Shown here piece after piece: positions 18,586-27,578 of a stretch of DNA of 35,444 nucleotides (its first letter is position 1; every line of letters begins with the position of its first letter). A program made the position numbers and the translations under genes. Location: the NCBI GenBank assembly GCA_030592165.1, contig JAUVKC010000001.1, positions 1 through 35,444 on the forward strand, written 5' to 3'. The stretch is from Candidatus Buchananbacteria bacterium (GTDB lineage Bacteria > Patescibacteriota > Patescibacteriia > CAIXNZ01). Below the pieces are notes generated by a model, which saw only the letters and a list, made by a program, of their open reading frames with translations, ran no database searches and was not told where the DNA came from.

Positions 18586-20553
18586 ATGACAGATAAGTTC
18601 ATTAATAAAGTAATAGTATTTTTAGTAGGATTAGTATTTGTCATTTTACCGATATTAATAAACCCCTTGGGATTTAGTGTCTTCGCACTCCCAAGGGTGT
18701 TTTTTTTGTATTTAGTTAGTCTTGTCTTACTTGTCTTAATTCTTTACCAAAACTTAAAAAAGAAAAATATTAAGATTGAGTATAATATTTTTCATTTATT
18801 ATCTTTAGTTTTTTTATTTTTTATAGTTGTATCGGTTGTTTTTTCTAAACATAAATATACAGCATTATGGGGTTATGATGCCGATTATGAAGGCTTGTTT
18901 ACCTGGCTATCGTATTTATTCTTTTTCTTAATCGGTTATCTATATTTTAGAAACGAAAAATCAATAAAATATTTATTTGCTAGTTTGGCAATCACAAGTC
19001 TTCTGGTTAGCGTCTACGCGATTTTGCAGTATTTTTTTGATTGGCAATTAATGGATTGGGTACAAAAAACTGAAATAGCCAGAGCATCTTCTTTTTTGGG
19101 TCATCCAAACTATTTAGCAGGTTATTATATCTTAATTTTGCCTTTGATTTATTTTTTAATTCAACAAAGATATTTTAAATTCTGGTTACAAGTAGGTTTG
19201 CGTTTGGTATTTGCTTTAGGGGTAGTAAGTTTAGTTTTAACTTTTTCAAGAGCAGGTTGGCTAACATTTATTTTAATGTTATTTATATCCGGGGTAATTT
19301 ATAATAAAAAATTAATTATAAGTTATAAAAAGAATACTAAAGCTTATTTGCTAAGTTTTTTTATATTAATCATAGTATCTTTGTCTGTGATAATTGCGTT
19401 TGATGTTTTTAGTTTAGTTGCTGATCGTTTTATGTCTATTTTTGACAGCAATACGGCTTCAACAAAAGTTAGGGTATTATTATATATCCAAAGTTTGAAT
19501 TTACTTAAAAATAATTTTTTATTTGGTATTGGTCCTGATAATTTCGCATATATTATACCGCAATATTTTTTACCTGCTTGGGGTATTTATACAGGAGCTG
19601 TTGCTGACAAAGCGCATAATCAGATTTTAGACTATTGGGTAAGTTTTGGAATTTTCGGTTTACTTAGTTATTTGAGTATTATTGTTTTTTGGATTTATAA
19701 AATGATTACTAGTATAAAAAATAAATTAGCTGATGAAAAGGAATTATTAATAATGATCTTTTTATCAGTAATTGGATATTTATTTTTCGTACAAATAAAT
19801 TATACAACTATTGAGCTAGCACCAATATTATGGTTTTTAATCGGTTTGGGGGTTTATAATATTTATCGTATTGGTTTGTTGAAGTCTTGGAAATTTGAGA
19901 TTAAATTTGATCAAGCAAACTTGAGATTATTTGTTCATTTGGTCACTGTAGTGACATTAGTTGGATTATTAATTGGCCTAGTTTTAACTGGATATAAGAA
20001 AATTGCTGCTGATTATTATTTTGTGAAATCATTAAAAGCTTCTGAATTAAATGAATCAATTCATTATAATGAAAAAGCTATTAATTATGATCCTTATTTG
20101 ACTAGTTATTATTTGAATTTAAATCATAGATTAGTTAGCTTGGGAGAATTGTCTGGAGATTATAGTTATTTTGATAAGGCAATAGCAAATTTAAATTATG
20201 CTTATAATTATTTACCATTAGAATATAGGATTCATTATCAACAAGGTGAAACTTATTTAAAATTAGTACAATATGCTCAAACTAAAGATTATTTATATCA
20301 AAAAGCAAAGTTATCTTATTTGCAAACATTAAATTTATATCCAAACTCAGTTGAAAGCCATTTGAAATTAGGAGTGATTTTGGCAGAACTTGGTAATGAT
20401 GATCAGGCTATAGATTATTGGCTTAAATGTCTGGAGCTAAATAATCAACAAGAAAAATGTTTGTATAATTTATCCGTAATTCACAGTAAGGTGGGCCAGC
20501 AAGAATTAGCAAATGAATTTCTAGATAAATATAATCAAATTAAAAACCACTAA
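18586..20553 (+). CDS. O-antigen ligase/polymerase-like (Wzy_C) polytopic membrane protein with C-terminal TPR repeats
   Basis: More than 10 TM helices, 'FSRAGWLTF' and 'DKAHNQILDYWVSFGIFGL' (O-antigen-ligase-type loop). The C-terminal ~200 aa carry TPR-like repeats ('AKLSYLQTLNLYPNSVESHLKLGVILAELGNDDQAIDYWLKCLELNN'). Confidence 0.85.
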   Translation: MTDKFINKVIVFLVGLVFVILPILINPLGFSVFALPRVFFLYLVSLVLLVLILYQNLKKKNIKIEYNIFHLLSLVFLFFIVVSVVFSKHKYTALWGYDADYEGLFTWLSYLFFFLIGYLYFRNEKSIKYLFASLAITSLLVSVYAILQYFFDWQLMDWVQKTEIARASSFLGHPNYLAGYYILILPLIYFLIQQRYFKFWLQVGLRLVFALGVVSLVLTFSRAGWLTFILMLFISGVIYNKKLIISYKKNTKAYLLSFFILIIVSLSVIIAFDVFSLVADRFMSIFDSNTASTKVRVLLYIQSLNLLKNNFLFGIGPDNFAYIIPQYFLPAWGIYTGAVADKAHNQILDYWVSFGIFGLLSYLSIIVFWIYKMITSIKNKLADEKELLIMIFLSVIGYLFFVQINYTTIELAPILWFLIGLGVYNIYRIGLLKSWKFEIKFDQANLRLFVHLVTVVTLVGLLIGLVLTGYKKIAADYYFVKSLKASELNESIHYNEKAINYDPYLTSYYLNLNHRLVSLGELSGDYSYFDKAIANLNYAYNYLPLEYRIHYQQGETYLKLVQYAQTKDYLYQKAKLSYLQTLNLYPNSVESHLKLGVILAELGNDDQAIDYWLKCLELNNQQEKCLYNLSVIHSKVGQQELANEFLDKYNQIKNH

Positions 20554-20571
20554 AATAAATTAGTGGTTTTT
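20542..20571. terminator. Bidirectional terminator between convergent genes
   Basis: AACCACTAA (20545-20553) pairs with TTAGTGGTT (20560-20568), loop AAATAA. The A-run and T-run arms allow termination in both directions. The + gene's stop codon lies inside the stem. Confidence 0.6.
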
Positions 20572-20579
20572 AGTTAAAG

Positions 20580-20780
20580 CTAGTTGAAATTTATTTGATA
20601 TTCACAGTCCTTGTGAGGACAAATAAACGTATCTCCTGATCTTACAATTATAAATCCCTGATCAATGAGTTTATTTCTTTGTGCACCTTGAATTGGATTT
20701 TTAGAGGAATCTTCGATAATATTTAGATCTCCACCACAGCCTGGACACTTGTGTATTTCTTTTAAAAATTTTTCCGGCAT
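20580..20780 (-). CDS. Small zinc-ribbon protein (66 aa)
   Basis: 'CPGCGG' and 'CPHKDC' give a four-Cys ribbon. Strong SD (AAAGGAGGAGAAAATCTA-ATG) on the minus strand. It is the only confident minus-strand CDS in the window. Confidence 0.65.
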   Translation of the reverse strand: MPEKFLKEIHKCPGCGGDLNIIEDSSKNPIQGAQRNKLIDQGFIIVRSGDTFICPHKDCEYQINFN

Positions 20781-20871
20781 TAGATTTTCTCCTCCTTTTA
20801 TCTATATTTTACACAAATTTTGAACATTGTCAAGCTTTTTTTAAATCTTGATTTAGTGTAAAATAAGCATA

Positions 20872-23800
20872 ATGAATAAAGAAAAAATACAATTTAATCC
20901 TGAACAAAAAAAGGCGATTACTTATGGTAATGGTCCTGTTTTGATTATTGCTGGTGCTGGCACAGGTAAGACAATGGTTATTACTCAAAGAATTTCTCAT
21001 TTGATATTAGATAAAGATGTGAATACTGATGCGATTTTGGCTTTAACATTTACTGATAAAGCCGCAGAAGAAATGGAAGAAAGGGTGGATAAATTGTTGC
21101 CATATGGGTATGTGGATTTATGGATTTCTACTTTTCACTCGTTTTGTCAAAAAATTTTAGAACAGCATGCTCTTGATATTGGTTTGCCAAATGATTTTAG
21201 TTTGCTTAATCAGACCTCTAGCTGGCTTTTGGTCCGCAATAACCTGGATAAATTTAATTTGGATTATTATAAACCGCTTGGTAATCCAACCAAGTTTATT
21301 CATGCTTTACTTAAACATTTTTCGCGAGCTAAAGACGAAGAAATTTACCCTGACGATTATTTGGAATATGCTCAAAATTTAAAACAAAACAATGATACAT
21401 CAATGAGTGACGATTTGCTTGATGAGGAAGCCTTGAGAGTAACTGAAATTGCAGAGGCCTATCATGTTTATCAGAAATTATTAATTGATAATAATAGTTT
21501 AGATTTTGGTGATTTAATAAATTATACCTTAAAGCTACTACGCAAAAGACCAAAAATTTTAAAGAAATTGCAGGATCAGTTTGAATATGTTTTGTTAGAT
21601 GAATTTCAAGACACAAATATTGCTCAATATGAATTAGTTAAATTATTAGCAGGGGAGAAGAAAAATTTAACTGTTGTCGGTGACGACGATCAGTGTCTTC
21701 CTGGTAATAGTTTAATAAGTGTTCCAAACGGAAAGAAAAAAATTAAGGATTTTAAGGTTGGAGACGAAATCTTAACTGGAATTGGTAGAAGCCAGATAGG
21801 GATAAGCAGTGTAAGCAATGTTATTAAAAATAAAAAGAAAGTCAGGTATCTTGATATAAAAACAAAATCAGGTAAAAAAATTAGAGTTACTGATAATCAT
21901 AAAATGTTTGTTCATGTTTCAGATTGTAAAATTGAAAGATTTTATGTGTATTTGATGCATAGACAGGGGATAGGTTATCGGATTGGGATTACAAGAAGTT
22001 TAAAAACAAGGTTGCGACTGGAAAGATCCAGTGATAGTATTTTGGCGATTGCTAGTTTTGAAACTGAAAAAGAAGCCAGGTATTATGAAACATTTTTATC
22101 ATTAAAATATGGTATGCCAACTTCATGTTTTCAGCAAAGAAAAGGTTTAGTAATTGACAATGAGTACTTATCTAAGTTGTATTCAGAATTAGATGTTGAT
22201 AATGCTGTTCGAAAATTAAGTGAGGATCTTAATAAAGACTTAAGGTTTAATCATTTTAATTTATCGAGTGTTTTTCGTGGTAATAAGTCAAGAGTTAATG
22301 TGAATTTAGAAATATGTTCAAGAAGATATAAGATTAAGAAATTAACGAAATATTCAAAAAATTACGCAGTTTCTCATTTGTTGAGTTTAGAAACTTCAGA
22401 CTTAAAGATTGTTAATAAATTAAAAACCAGTGGGTATGAACTTAAAAAATCAAAAAAAGGCTGGCGATTTCGACTACAGTCTGCTGATTTAAATAAATTA
22501 ATAGAATTATCTGAAAAATTACAGCTTATAACTAATGGTATAAGGCAAGAAAAATTTAAGATAGGGACTTTAAATAAACAAAGTTTAGAAGCTATTGTCA
22601 TGCCAGCTAAAAACCTTGTTGCGGGGCTTTTTGTTCCTGTAGAAAAGGGTAATAAAATTTATTATGATGAAATAGTTGAATTAAAAGAATTGAAAATGAT
22701 TGATACGGTTTATGATTTGGAAGTTAAAAAAACTCATAATTTTATAGCCGATGAAGTGGTCGTTCATAATTCAATCTATAAATTTAGGGGAGCCTCTGTC
22801 TCAAATATTTTGCAGTTTAAAAAAGATTTTCCAGAAAGTCAGGAAATAGTTTTAACTCAAAATTATCGTTCAAAACAAGGTATTTTAGATGTATCATATA
22901 ATTTTATTCAGTTAAATAACCCTAATCGTTTAGAATATCAATTAAATAACAGTAAAAAGTCAAAAAGTATAAAGTTAGAAAGTAAAATTGATAAAAGATT
23001 AAAATCAAATAATAAAGGTAAGGCGATTGTTGAACATATTCATGAAAAAACATTAGATGAAGAGGTTAAGGCTATTTTGCACAAAATAGTTGAACTTAAG
23101 AATAAAGATAAAAATGTTACTTGGGACGACTTTGCTATTTTGGTCAGAGCTAATGATTCTGCAAATTCGTTTATAAGCTATTTGCGTCAATCAAATATCC
23201 CTTATCAATTTTTGGCTTTACGAGGTCTTTATAATAAGCCAATTATTCTTGATATTTTAGCTTATTTTAAATTGCTTGATAATTATCATGAGTCAACTGC
23301 TGTTTTTAGGATTTTATCATCACCAATAGTTGAAATTAGTCAGCAAGATATTATTAAGATTAATCATTATGCTTATAAAAAAACTCAGTCTTTATACGAA
23401 GTTTTAAAAGAAGTCAGAGCGGTTAAGGGTGTAACTGCAAAATCAATTTCCGAGATCAATCGTTTGTTGGGTATGATTGAAAAACATACTCAGTTGATCA
23501 AAGAAAAAACAATAGGCGAAATTTTCAAAGCATTTTTAGAAGATACTGATTATTTAGAAAAATTAGTTAGACGTGATGAGTATGAATCAAACCAAGCTAT
23601 TTCGTATCTAAATCAGTTTTATAAAAAGATCAAAGAATTTGAAGAAGAACAAGCTGATCCAAAATTAAAATTATTTATGGAAAAAATGGATTTGGAGCTT
23701 GAAGCTGGTGAAGAGGGGAGTCTTTCTTTGGATCTTGACATTGGTCCGGAAATGATAAAAATTATGACTATTCATGCAGCTAAAGGTCTTGAATTTAAAT

Positions 23801-24945
23801 ACGTTTTTATTCCCAATATGGTTGATCGTAGATTTCCAACAGGGGAACGTAAAGACCCGATTGAATTGCCAGCAAAATTAATTAAAGAAATAATTCCAGA
23901 GGGTGATATTCATTTGGAAGAAGAAAGAAGACTTTTTTATGTTGCCATGACCAGAGCTAAAGACGGATTATTTTTAACTTCAGCTGCTGATTATGGCGGT
24001 GTGAGAAAAAAGAAATTATCAAGATTTTTGGAAGAATTAATGCAGACAAATAAAGAATTCAAATTAGACAAAAGAGCAGGTGTGGAAAATAAAGACTTAA
24101 TTGAAATCACGGCTGAGACTAAAGAAATTAAAAAGAAAGATAAGTATGAATTACCTTCAAGGTTTTCGTACTCACAATTGGCTGGGTTTTCCAAATGTCC
24201 TTATCAATACAAATTAAGTTATATCATGAGAGTACCTATTTTTGGTAAAGCAGTATTTTCTTACGGAAAAACTATGCATGCGACATTGGAAGAGTTTTTT
24301 AAATTAGTAGTTGGGAAACAGCAGAGCAAACAAACTGATTTGTTTACAAAAAATAGCAAAAAGACTGGTAAACAGAAAATAGGTAATTTAGTGAGCTTTG
24401 ATGAATTAATGGGATTGTTTGAATCTGTTTGGCTGGATGAATGGTATGAAGATAAAGAACAAAAAGAAAAATATTATACTCAGGCCAAGAAAACATTGAA
24501 AATATTTTATAGCCAAATCAAAGATCAGGTAAATCAAACTGAAGATACTGAGAAACCCTTTAATCTGAAAATTGATAATTATACATTGAGGGGTGTTATT
24601 GATAGGATTGATAGGACTGAAAAAGGAGAGCTTGTTATTGTTGATTATAAGACTGGTAAACCAAAAGAACAGGGTAAATTAGGTCCTGAAGATAAAATGC
24701 AACTTTTAATTTATCAAATAGCTGCGGAAGAAGTTTTGCAAGAAAAGGTTGATAAATTGATTTACTATTATTTAGATAATAATTCTAGCGTAGAATTTAT
24801 TGGTCAGGAAAAAGATAAAGAAAAGGTGAAAAATAATATTAGTAATTTAATTAAAAAAATTAACCAATCAGATTTTGTAGCTACTCCGAATCATTTTATT
24901 TGTAAATTTTGTGATTTTAGTAAAATTTGTGAATTTAAGGTATAA
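20872..24945 (+). CDS. UvrD/PcrA/AddA-like SF1 DNA helicase fused to a C-terminal 4-Cys PD-(D/E)xK nuclease; interrupted by an intein
   Basis: Walker A 'AGAGTGKT', motif II 'LLDEFQDTN', and motif III split as 'VVGDDDQ'|intein|'SIYKFRGA'. Also 'QNYRS' and 'TIHAAKGLEF'. The nuclease carries 'VIDRIDR...IVDYKTGK', 'QLLIYQ' and cysteines 'SKCPYQY ... CKFCDFSKIC'. Confidence 0.9.
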   Translation: MNKEKIQFNPEQKKAITYGNGPVLIIAGAGTGKTMVITQRISHLILDKDVNTDAILALTFTDKAAEEMEERVDKLLPYGYVDLWISTFHSFCQKILEQHALDIGLPNDFSLLNQTSSWLLVRNNLDKFNLDYYKPLGNPTKFIHALLKHFSRAKDEEIYPDDYLEYAQNLKQNNDTSMSDDLLDEEALRVTEIAEAYHVYQKLLIDNNSLDFGDLINYTLKLLRKRPKILKKLQDQFEYVLLDEFQDTNIAQYELVKLLAGEKKNLTVVGDDDQCLPGNSLISVPNGKKKIKDFKVGDEILTGIGRSQIGISSVSNVIKNKKKVRYLDIKTKSGKKIRVTDNHKMFVHVSDCKIERFYVYLMHRQGIGYRIGITRSLKTRLRLERSSDSILAIASFETEKEARYYETFLSLKYGMPTSCFQQRKGLVIDNEYLSKLYSELDVDNAVRKLSEDLNKDLRFNHFNLSSVFRGNKSRVNVNLEICSRRYKIKKLTKYSKNYAVSHLLSLETSDLKIVNKLKTSGYELKKSKKGWRFRLQSADLNKLIELSEKLQLITNGIRQEKFKIGTLNKQSLEAIVMPAKNLVAGLFVPVEKGNKIYYDEIVELKELKMIDTVYDLEVKKTHNFIADEVVVHNSIYKFRGASVSNILQFKKDFPESQEIVLTQNYRSKQGILDVSYNFIQLNNPNRLEYQLNNSKKSKSIKLESKIDKRLKSNNKGKAIVEHIHEKTLDEEVKAILHKIVELKNKDKNVTWDDFAILVRANDSANSFISYLRQSNIPYQFLALRGLYNKPIILDILAYFKLLDNYHESTAVFRILSSPIVEISQQDIIKINHYAYKKTQSLYEVLKEVRAVKGVTAKSISEINRLLGMIEKHTQLIKEKTIGEIFKAFLEDTDYLEKLVRRDEYESNQAISYLNQFYKKIKEFEEEQADPKLKLFMEKMDLELEAGEEGSLSLDLDIGPEMIKIMTIHAAKGLEFKYVFIPNMVDRRFPTGERKDPIELPAKLIKEIIPEGDIHLEEERRLFYVAMTRAKDGLFLTSAADYGGVRKKKLSRFLEELMQTNKEFKLDKRAGVENKDLIEITAETKEIKKKDKYELPSRFSYSQLAGFSKCPYQYKLSYIMRVPIFGKAVFSYGKTMHATLEEFFKLVVGKQQSKQTDLFTKNSKKTGKQKIGNLVSFDELMGLFESVWLDEWYEDKEQKEKYYTQAKKTLKIFYSQIKDQVNQTEDTEKPFNLKIDNYTLRGVIDRIDRTEKGELVIVDYKTGKPKEQGKLGPEDKMQLLIYQIAAEEVLQEKVDKLIYYYLDNNSSVEFIGQEKDKEKVKNNISNLIKKINQSDFVATPNHFICKFCDFSKICEFKV
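21694..22770 (+). mobile_element. Intein (359 aa) in helicase motif III with a non-canonical, GIY-YIG-like endonuclease insert
   Basis: Starts with Cys1 ('CLPGNSLISV', block A). Block B is 'RVTDNHKMF', block F 'VYDLEVKKTHNFIA', and block G 'VVVHN' followed by +1 Ser. Removing it restores the canonical 'GDDDQSIYKFRGA'. Confidence 0.85.
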
Positions 24946-24975
24946 TTAAATAGTAATAATTAATCATTGAATAAA

Positions 24976-27540
24976 ATGAAACGAAAAAAAATATTAATAT
25001 TTTTTACATTTTTTAGTTTTATTGTGATTTGCATTATTTTCCAAAAAATTTCATTGGCAGCTACATTTGTTGAATCATTTATTGGCAACGACTACATTGA
25101 TAGTGCGAATACAACAGCAGATTGGGAAACTTCTACTACAACTGCCCATTTAATAAATGGTGAATGGCGACAATTAGATGGAGCTACTTCGCCTTATGTT
25201 TTTAAAGAAGAAGCTGTAACTGGGTTTACTGCTCCTAAACCAGATATTATTCATGATGCTAATAATCAGCCGTTAATTGTTTTTGATCAGACAATAGATA
25301 CAACAATGTCAGCTACAAAATGGAGTGTCGGTGCTGGTACGAGTGTCTGTGGTGCTGGTGTTACAGATTGCTGGACTGATTTATCTGGGACGACAAAAGG
25401 ATTGCATAATTCTGTTTTTAATTTGCCTGGGGGCGATTATGTTAATAGAAAAAGAATTGGCAGATTAAAAAATGGATATCCAGCCGTTATTTTTTCATAT
25501 TATAGTGTGGCAGGATCATATTATGAATTGCATTATATGCAATGGACACCAAATGCTGCGGATGGAGTGTGTAGCTCTGGTAATTCTTGCTGGACAAATG
25601 CTGCCAAAACAGCAGAAGGGTCAGAAAAAATTTCCAATAATAACATGACCGCACTTTCTAATTTTTACAAATCTTTTGATTTAGTTATGGATCAATATGA
25701 ACAACCAAATATCGTATGGAATGAGTATGATGGAACTAATCTATCATACCATTATACAAGATGGAATGGTTCAAATTGGACAAACGCTAATAGAACTACT
25801 ACAGGTAAACAACAACTAACTACAAAGGTAAGTAGTGATAATGCTGATTTAGAATTTATAATCAAAAATGGGGTTATTTATGTTGTTTTAAGATATGATG
25901 ATTATAATTATGTAGGTAAATGGAATGGTAGTAATTGGGTTAATTTGGCTGACACAACTTTTACTAATTATAGTGGTATGACAATTTTTAAAGCAGCTAA
26001 TAATTTAAACATTGGTATAGGTCAAAATAGAAAACGAAATTATTTAATGGTTGAGAATAATCAACTTTATCTAGGAATTAGTTCCTACACTACTGGCACG
26101 GCTGATAATTATTTAGCTTACTGGGATAATACTGTTGATACTTGGAAATATATCAATGGAACAACAATTGGCAATAATCAAACAGCTATTGATAATATGA
26201 ACGAATTATTTAATGGGGAGTCTTGGGATCTTCACGAATTGTACATGGTTAATCTGTCAGTTGATAAAAAAACAAATAATATTTTAATGTTGATGTCTAA
26301 TTATGATGGGGCAAGCTCGGAATTATATTTTTCACAATGGGATGGTAGTAATTGGAAACAACCAGATGGTGACACAGATGGCTATGAAGTTGCTAGTAAC
26401 TTAGTTTACGGTGGTAATTATAATACTTATTCATCAATAGCAATAGATAATTATGGTAAACCTATTTTTAGTTATGTTGATAGAGCTTATACCTCTCCCA
26501 ATAAAAATTTACCATTATATATAAGTAAATTTAATGGTAGCGATATAACTGGTGTTAATGATTATACTGCAAACAGAGATTTGATTGCTGATGATAACCA
26601 AAATTTAAGTACTGGACTATATTACCAGAGTTTATATTTCAATCAAGCTACTGAAGAAATATATTTTGCAGGTATGACTGGTGATGGTGGAATGCTTATT
26701 ACAAAATTTTTTGCAAATAAATACCCAGATCAGGACCAGGATGTTGTGTCTGATACTATTGCAGTTCCATATAATTCAGCTTCAGAGATAACATCTGCAA
26801 CATTAGTAGCAGAACATATTAAACCATCAGGCACAGATATAACATATTATTTAAGTGCAGATGGTGGTTCAAATTGGGAAAGCGTTACTAGTGGTGTAGC
26901 TCATAATTTTACTAATACTGGCGATGATTTGCGTTGGAAAGCTAATTTTACCTCAAGTAGCGAGGATAGTACTCCCACCATACAATATTTATATATAGAT
27001 GTTGATGGAAAAACAAAAGGGACTTCAGGAGATATTATTATAACAGCAGAAATAATACCATCATTAAGCTTGAATATTAATTCCACTACTTGTGATTTCG
27101 GAGTTTTTTCTGATACAAATATTAAAACATGCAGTTATGTAGTTACAGTTTCAACAAATGCAAGTGCTGGTTATATGGGATATATTCAAGAAGATCAGGA
27201 CTTACAAACTATAAATTCTAAAATAATTACAGATGTTGATGATAGTGCTGTAACTGGTGGTGGCACAGGTATTGATGAAGAATATGGCCTTTCAACAAGT
27301 GATTCATCTCAGGAAATTTCTGAAAATAATACAGGCTTAACTTGTGCACAATTAAATAATCAATCGTCTACAGCAATGCCAGCAACACCTTTAACAACTG
27401 ACAATCAAACCTTTGTAACCTCAACTTTACCAGTCGCTAGTGAAGAAACTACTTTGTGTCATTCCGCAGCAATTATTAGCAACACTCCAGCAGGTTCATA
27501 TTCTCATTCGGTTACAATTACAGTCGTTGGTAATTTTTAA
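24976..27540 (+). CDS. Large secreted surface protein: W-rich propeller-like repeats and a C-terminal WxL-like 4-Cys module (CscC-like)
   Basis: Signal peptide; I prefer the ATG at 24976 over the TTG at 24967. Repeated '[RKQ]W[ND]GSNW' and 'CWT[DN]' motifs. The last ~170 aa are paralogous to the C-terminus of the 32791-33798 product; both end in 'TPAGSY..[ST]VT[IV]TVVGNF'. Confidence 0.8.
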   Translation: MKRKKILIFFTFFSFIVICIIFQKISLAATFVESFIGNDYIDSANTTADWETSTTTAHLINGEWRQLDGATSPYVFKEEAVTGFTAPKPDIIHDANNQPLIVFDQTIDTTMSATKWSVGAGTSVCGAGVTDCWTDLSGTTKGLHNSVFNLPGGDYVNRKRIGRLKNGYPAVIFSYYSVAGSYYELHYMQWTPNAADGVCSSGNSCWTNAAKTAEGSEKISNNNMTALSNFYKSFDLVMDQYEQPNIVWNEYDGTNLSYHYTRWNGSNWTNANRTTTGKQQLTTKVSSDNADLEFIIKNGVIYVVLRYDDYNYVGKWNGSNWVNLADTTFTNYSGMTIFKAANNLNIGIGQNRKRNYLMVENNQLYLGISSYTTGTADNYLAYWDNTVDTWKYINGTTIGNNQTAIDNMNELFNGESWDLHELYMVNLSVDKKTNNILMLMSNYDGASSELYFSQWDGSNWKQPDGDTDGYEVASNLVYGGNYNTYSSIAIDNYGKPIFSYVDRAYTSPNKNLPLYISKFNGSDITGVNDYTANRDLIADDNQNLSTGLYYQSLYFNQATEEIYFAGMTGDGGMLITKFFANKYPDQDQDVVSDTIAVPYNSASEITSATLVAEHIKPSGTDITYYLSADGGSNWESVTSGVAHNFTNTGDDLRWKANFTSSSEDSTPTIQYLYIDVDGKTKGTSGDIIITAEIIPSLSLNINSTTCDFGVFSDTNIKTCSYVVTVSTNASAGYMGYIQEDQDLQTINSKIITDVDDSAVTGGGTGIDEEYGLSTSDSSQEISENNTGLTCAQLNNQSSTAMPATPLTTDNQTFVTSTLPVASEETTLCHSAAIISNTPAGSYSHSVTITVVGNF

Positions 27541-27578
27541 ATTTAGATAAAAATAAAATTTACGATATAATATACAAA

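Noticed and set aside
21940-22700. Expected LAGLIDADG or HNH homing-endonuclease motifs in the intein insert
   Set aside because: I found no '..G..DGDG'-type dodecapeptide pair and no H-N-H/Cys-box pattern in the translation. The GIY-YIG-like pattern is the better fit and is reported as a finding.
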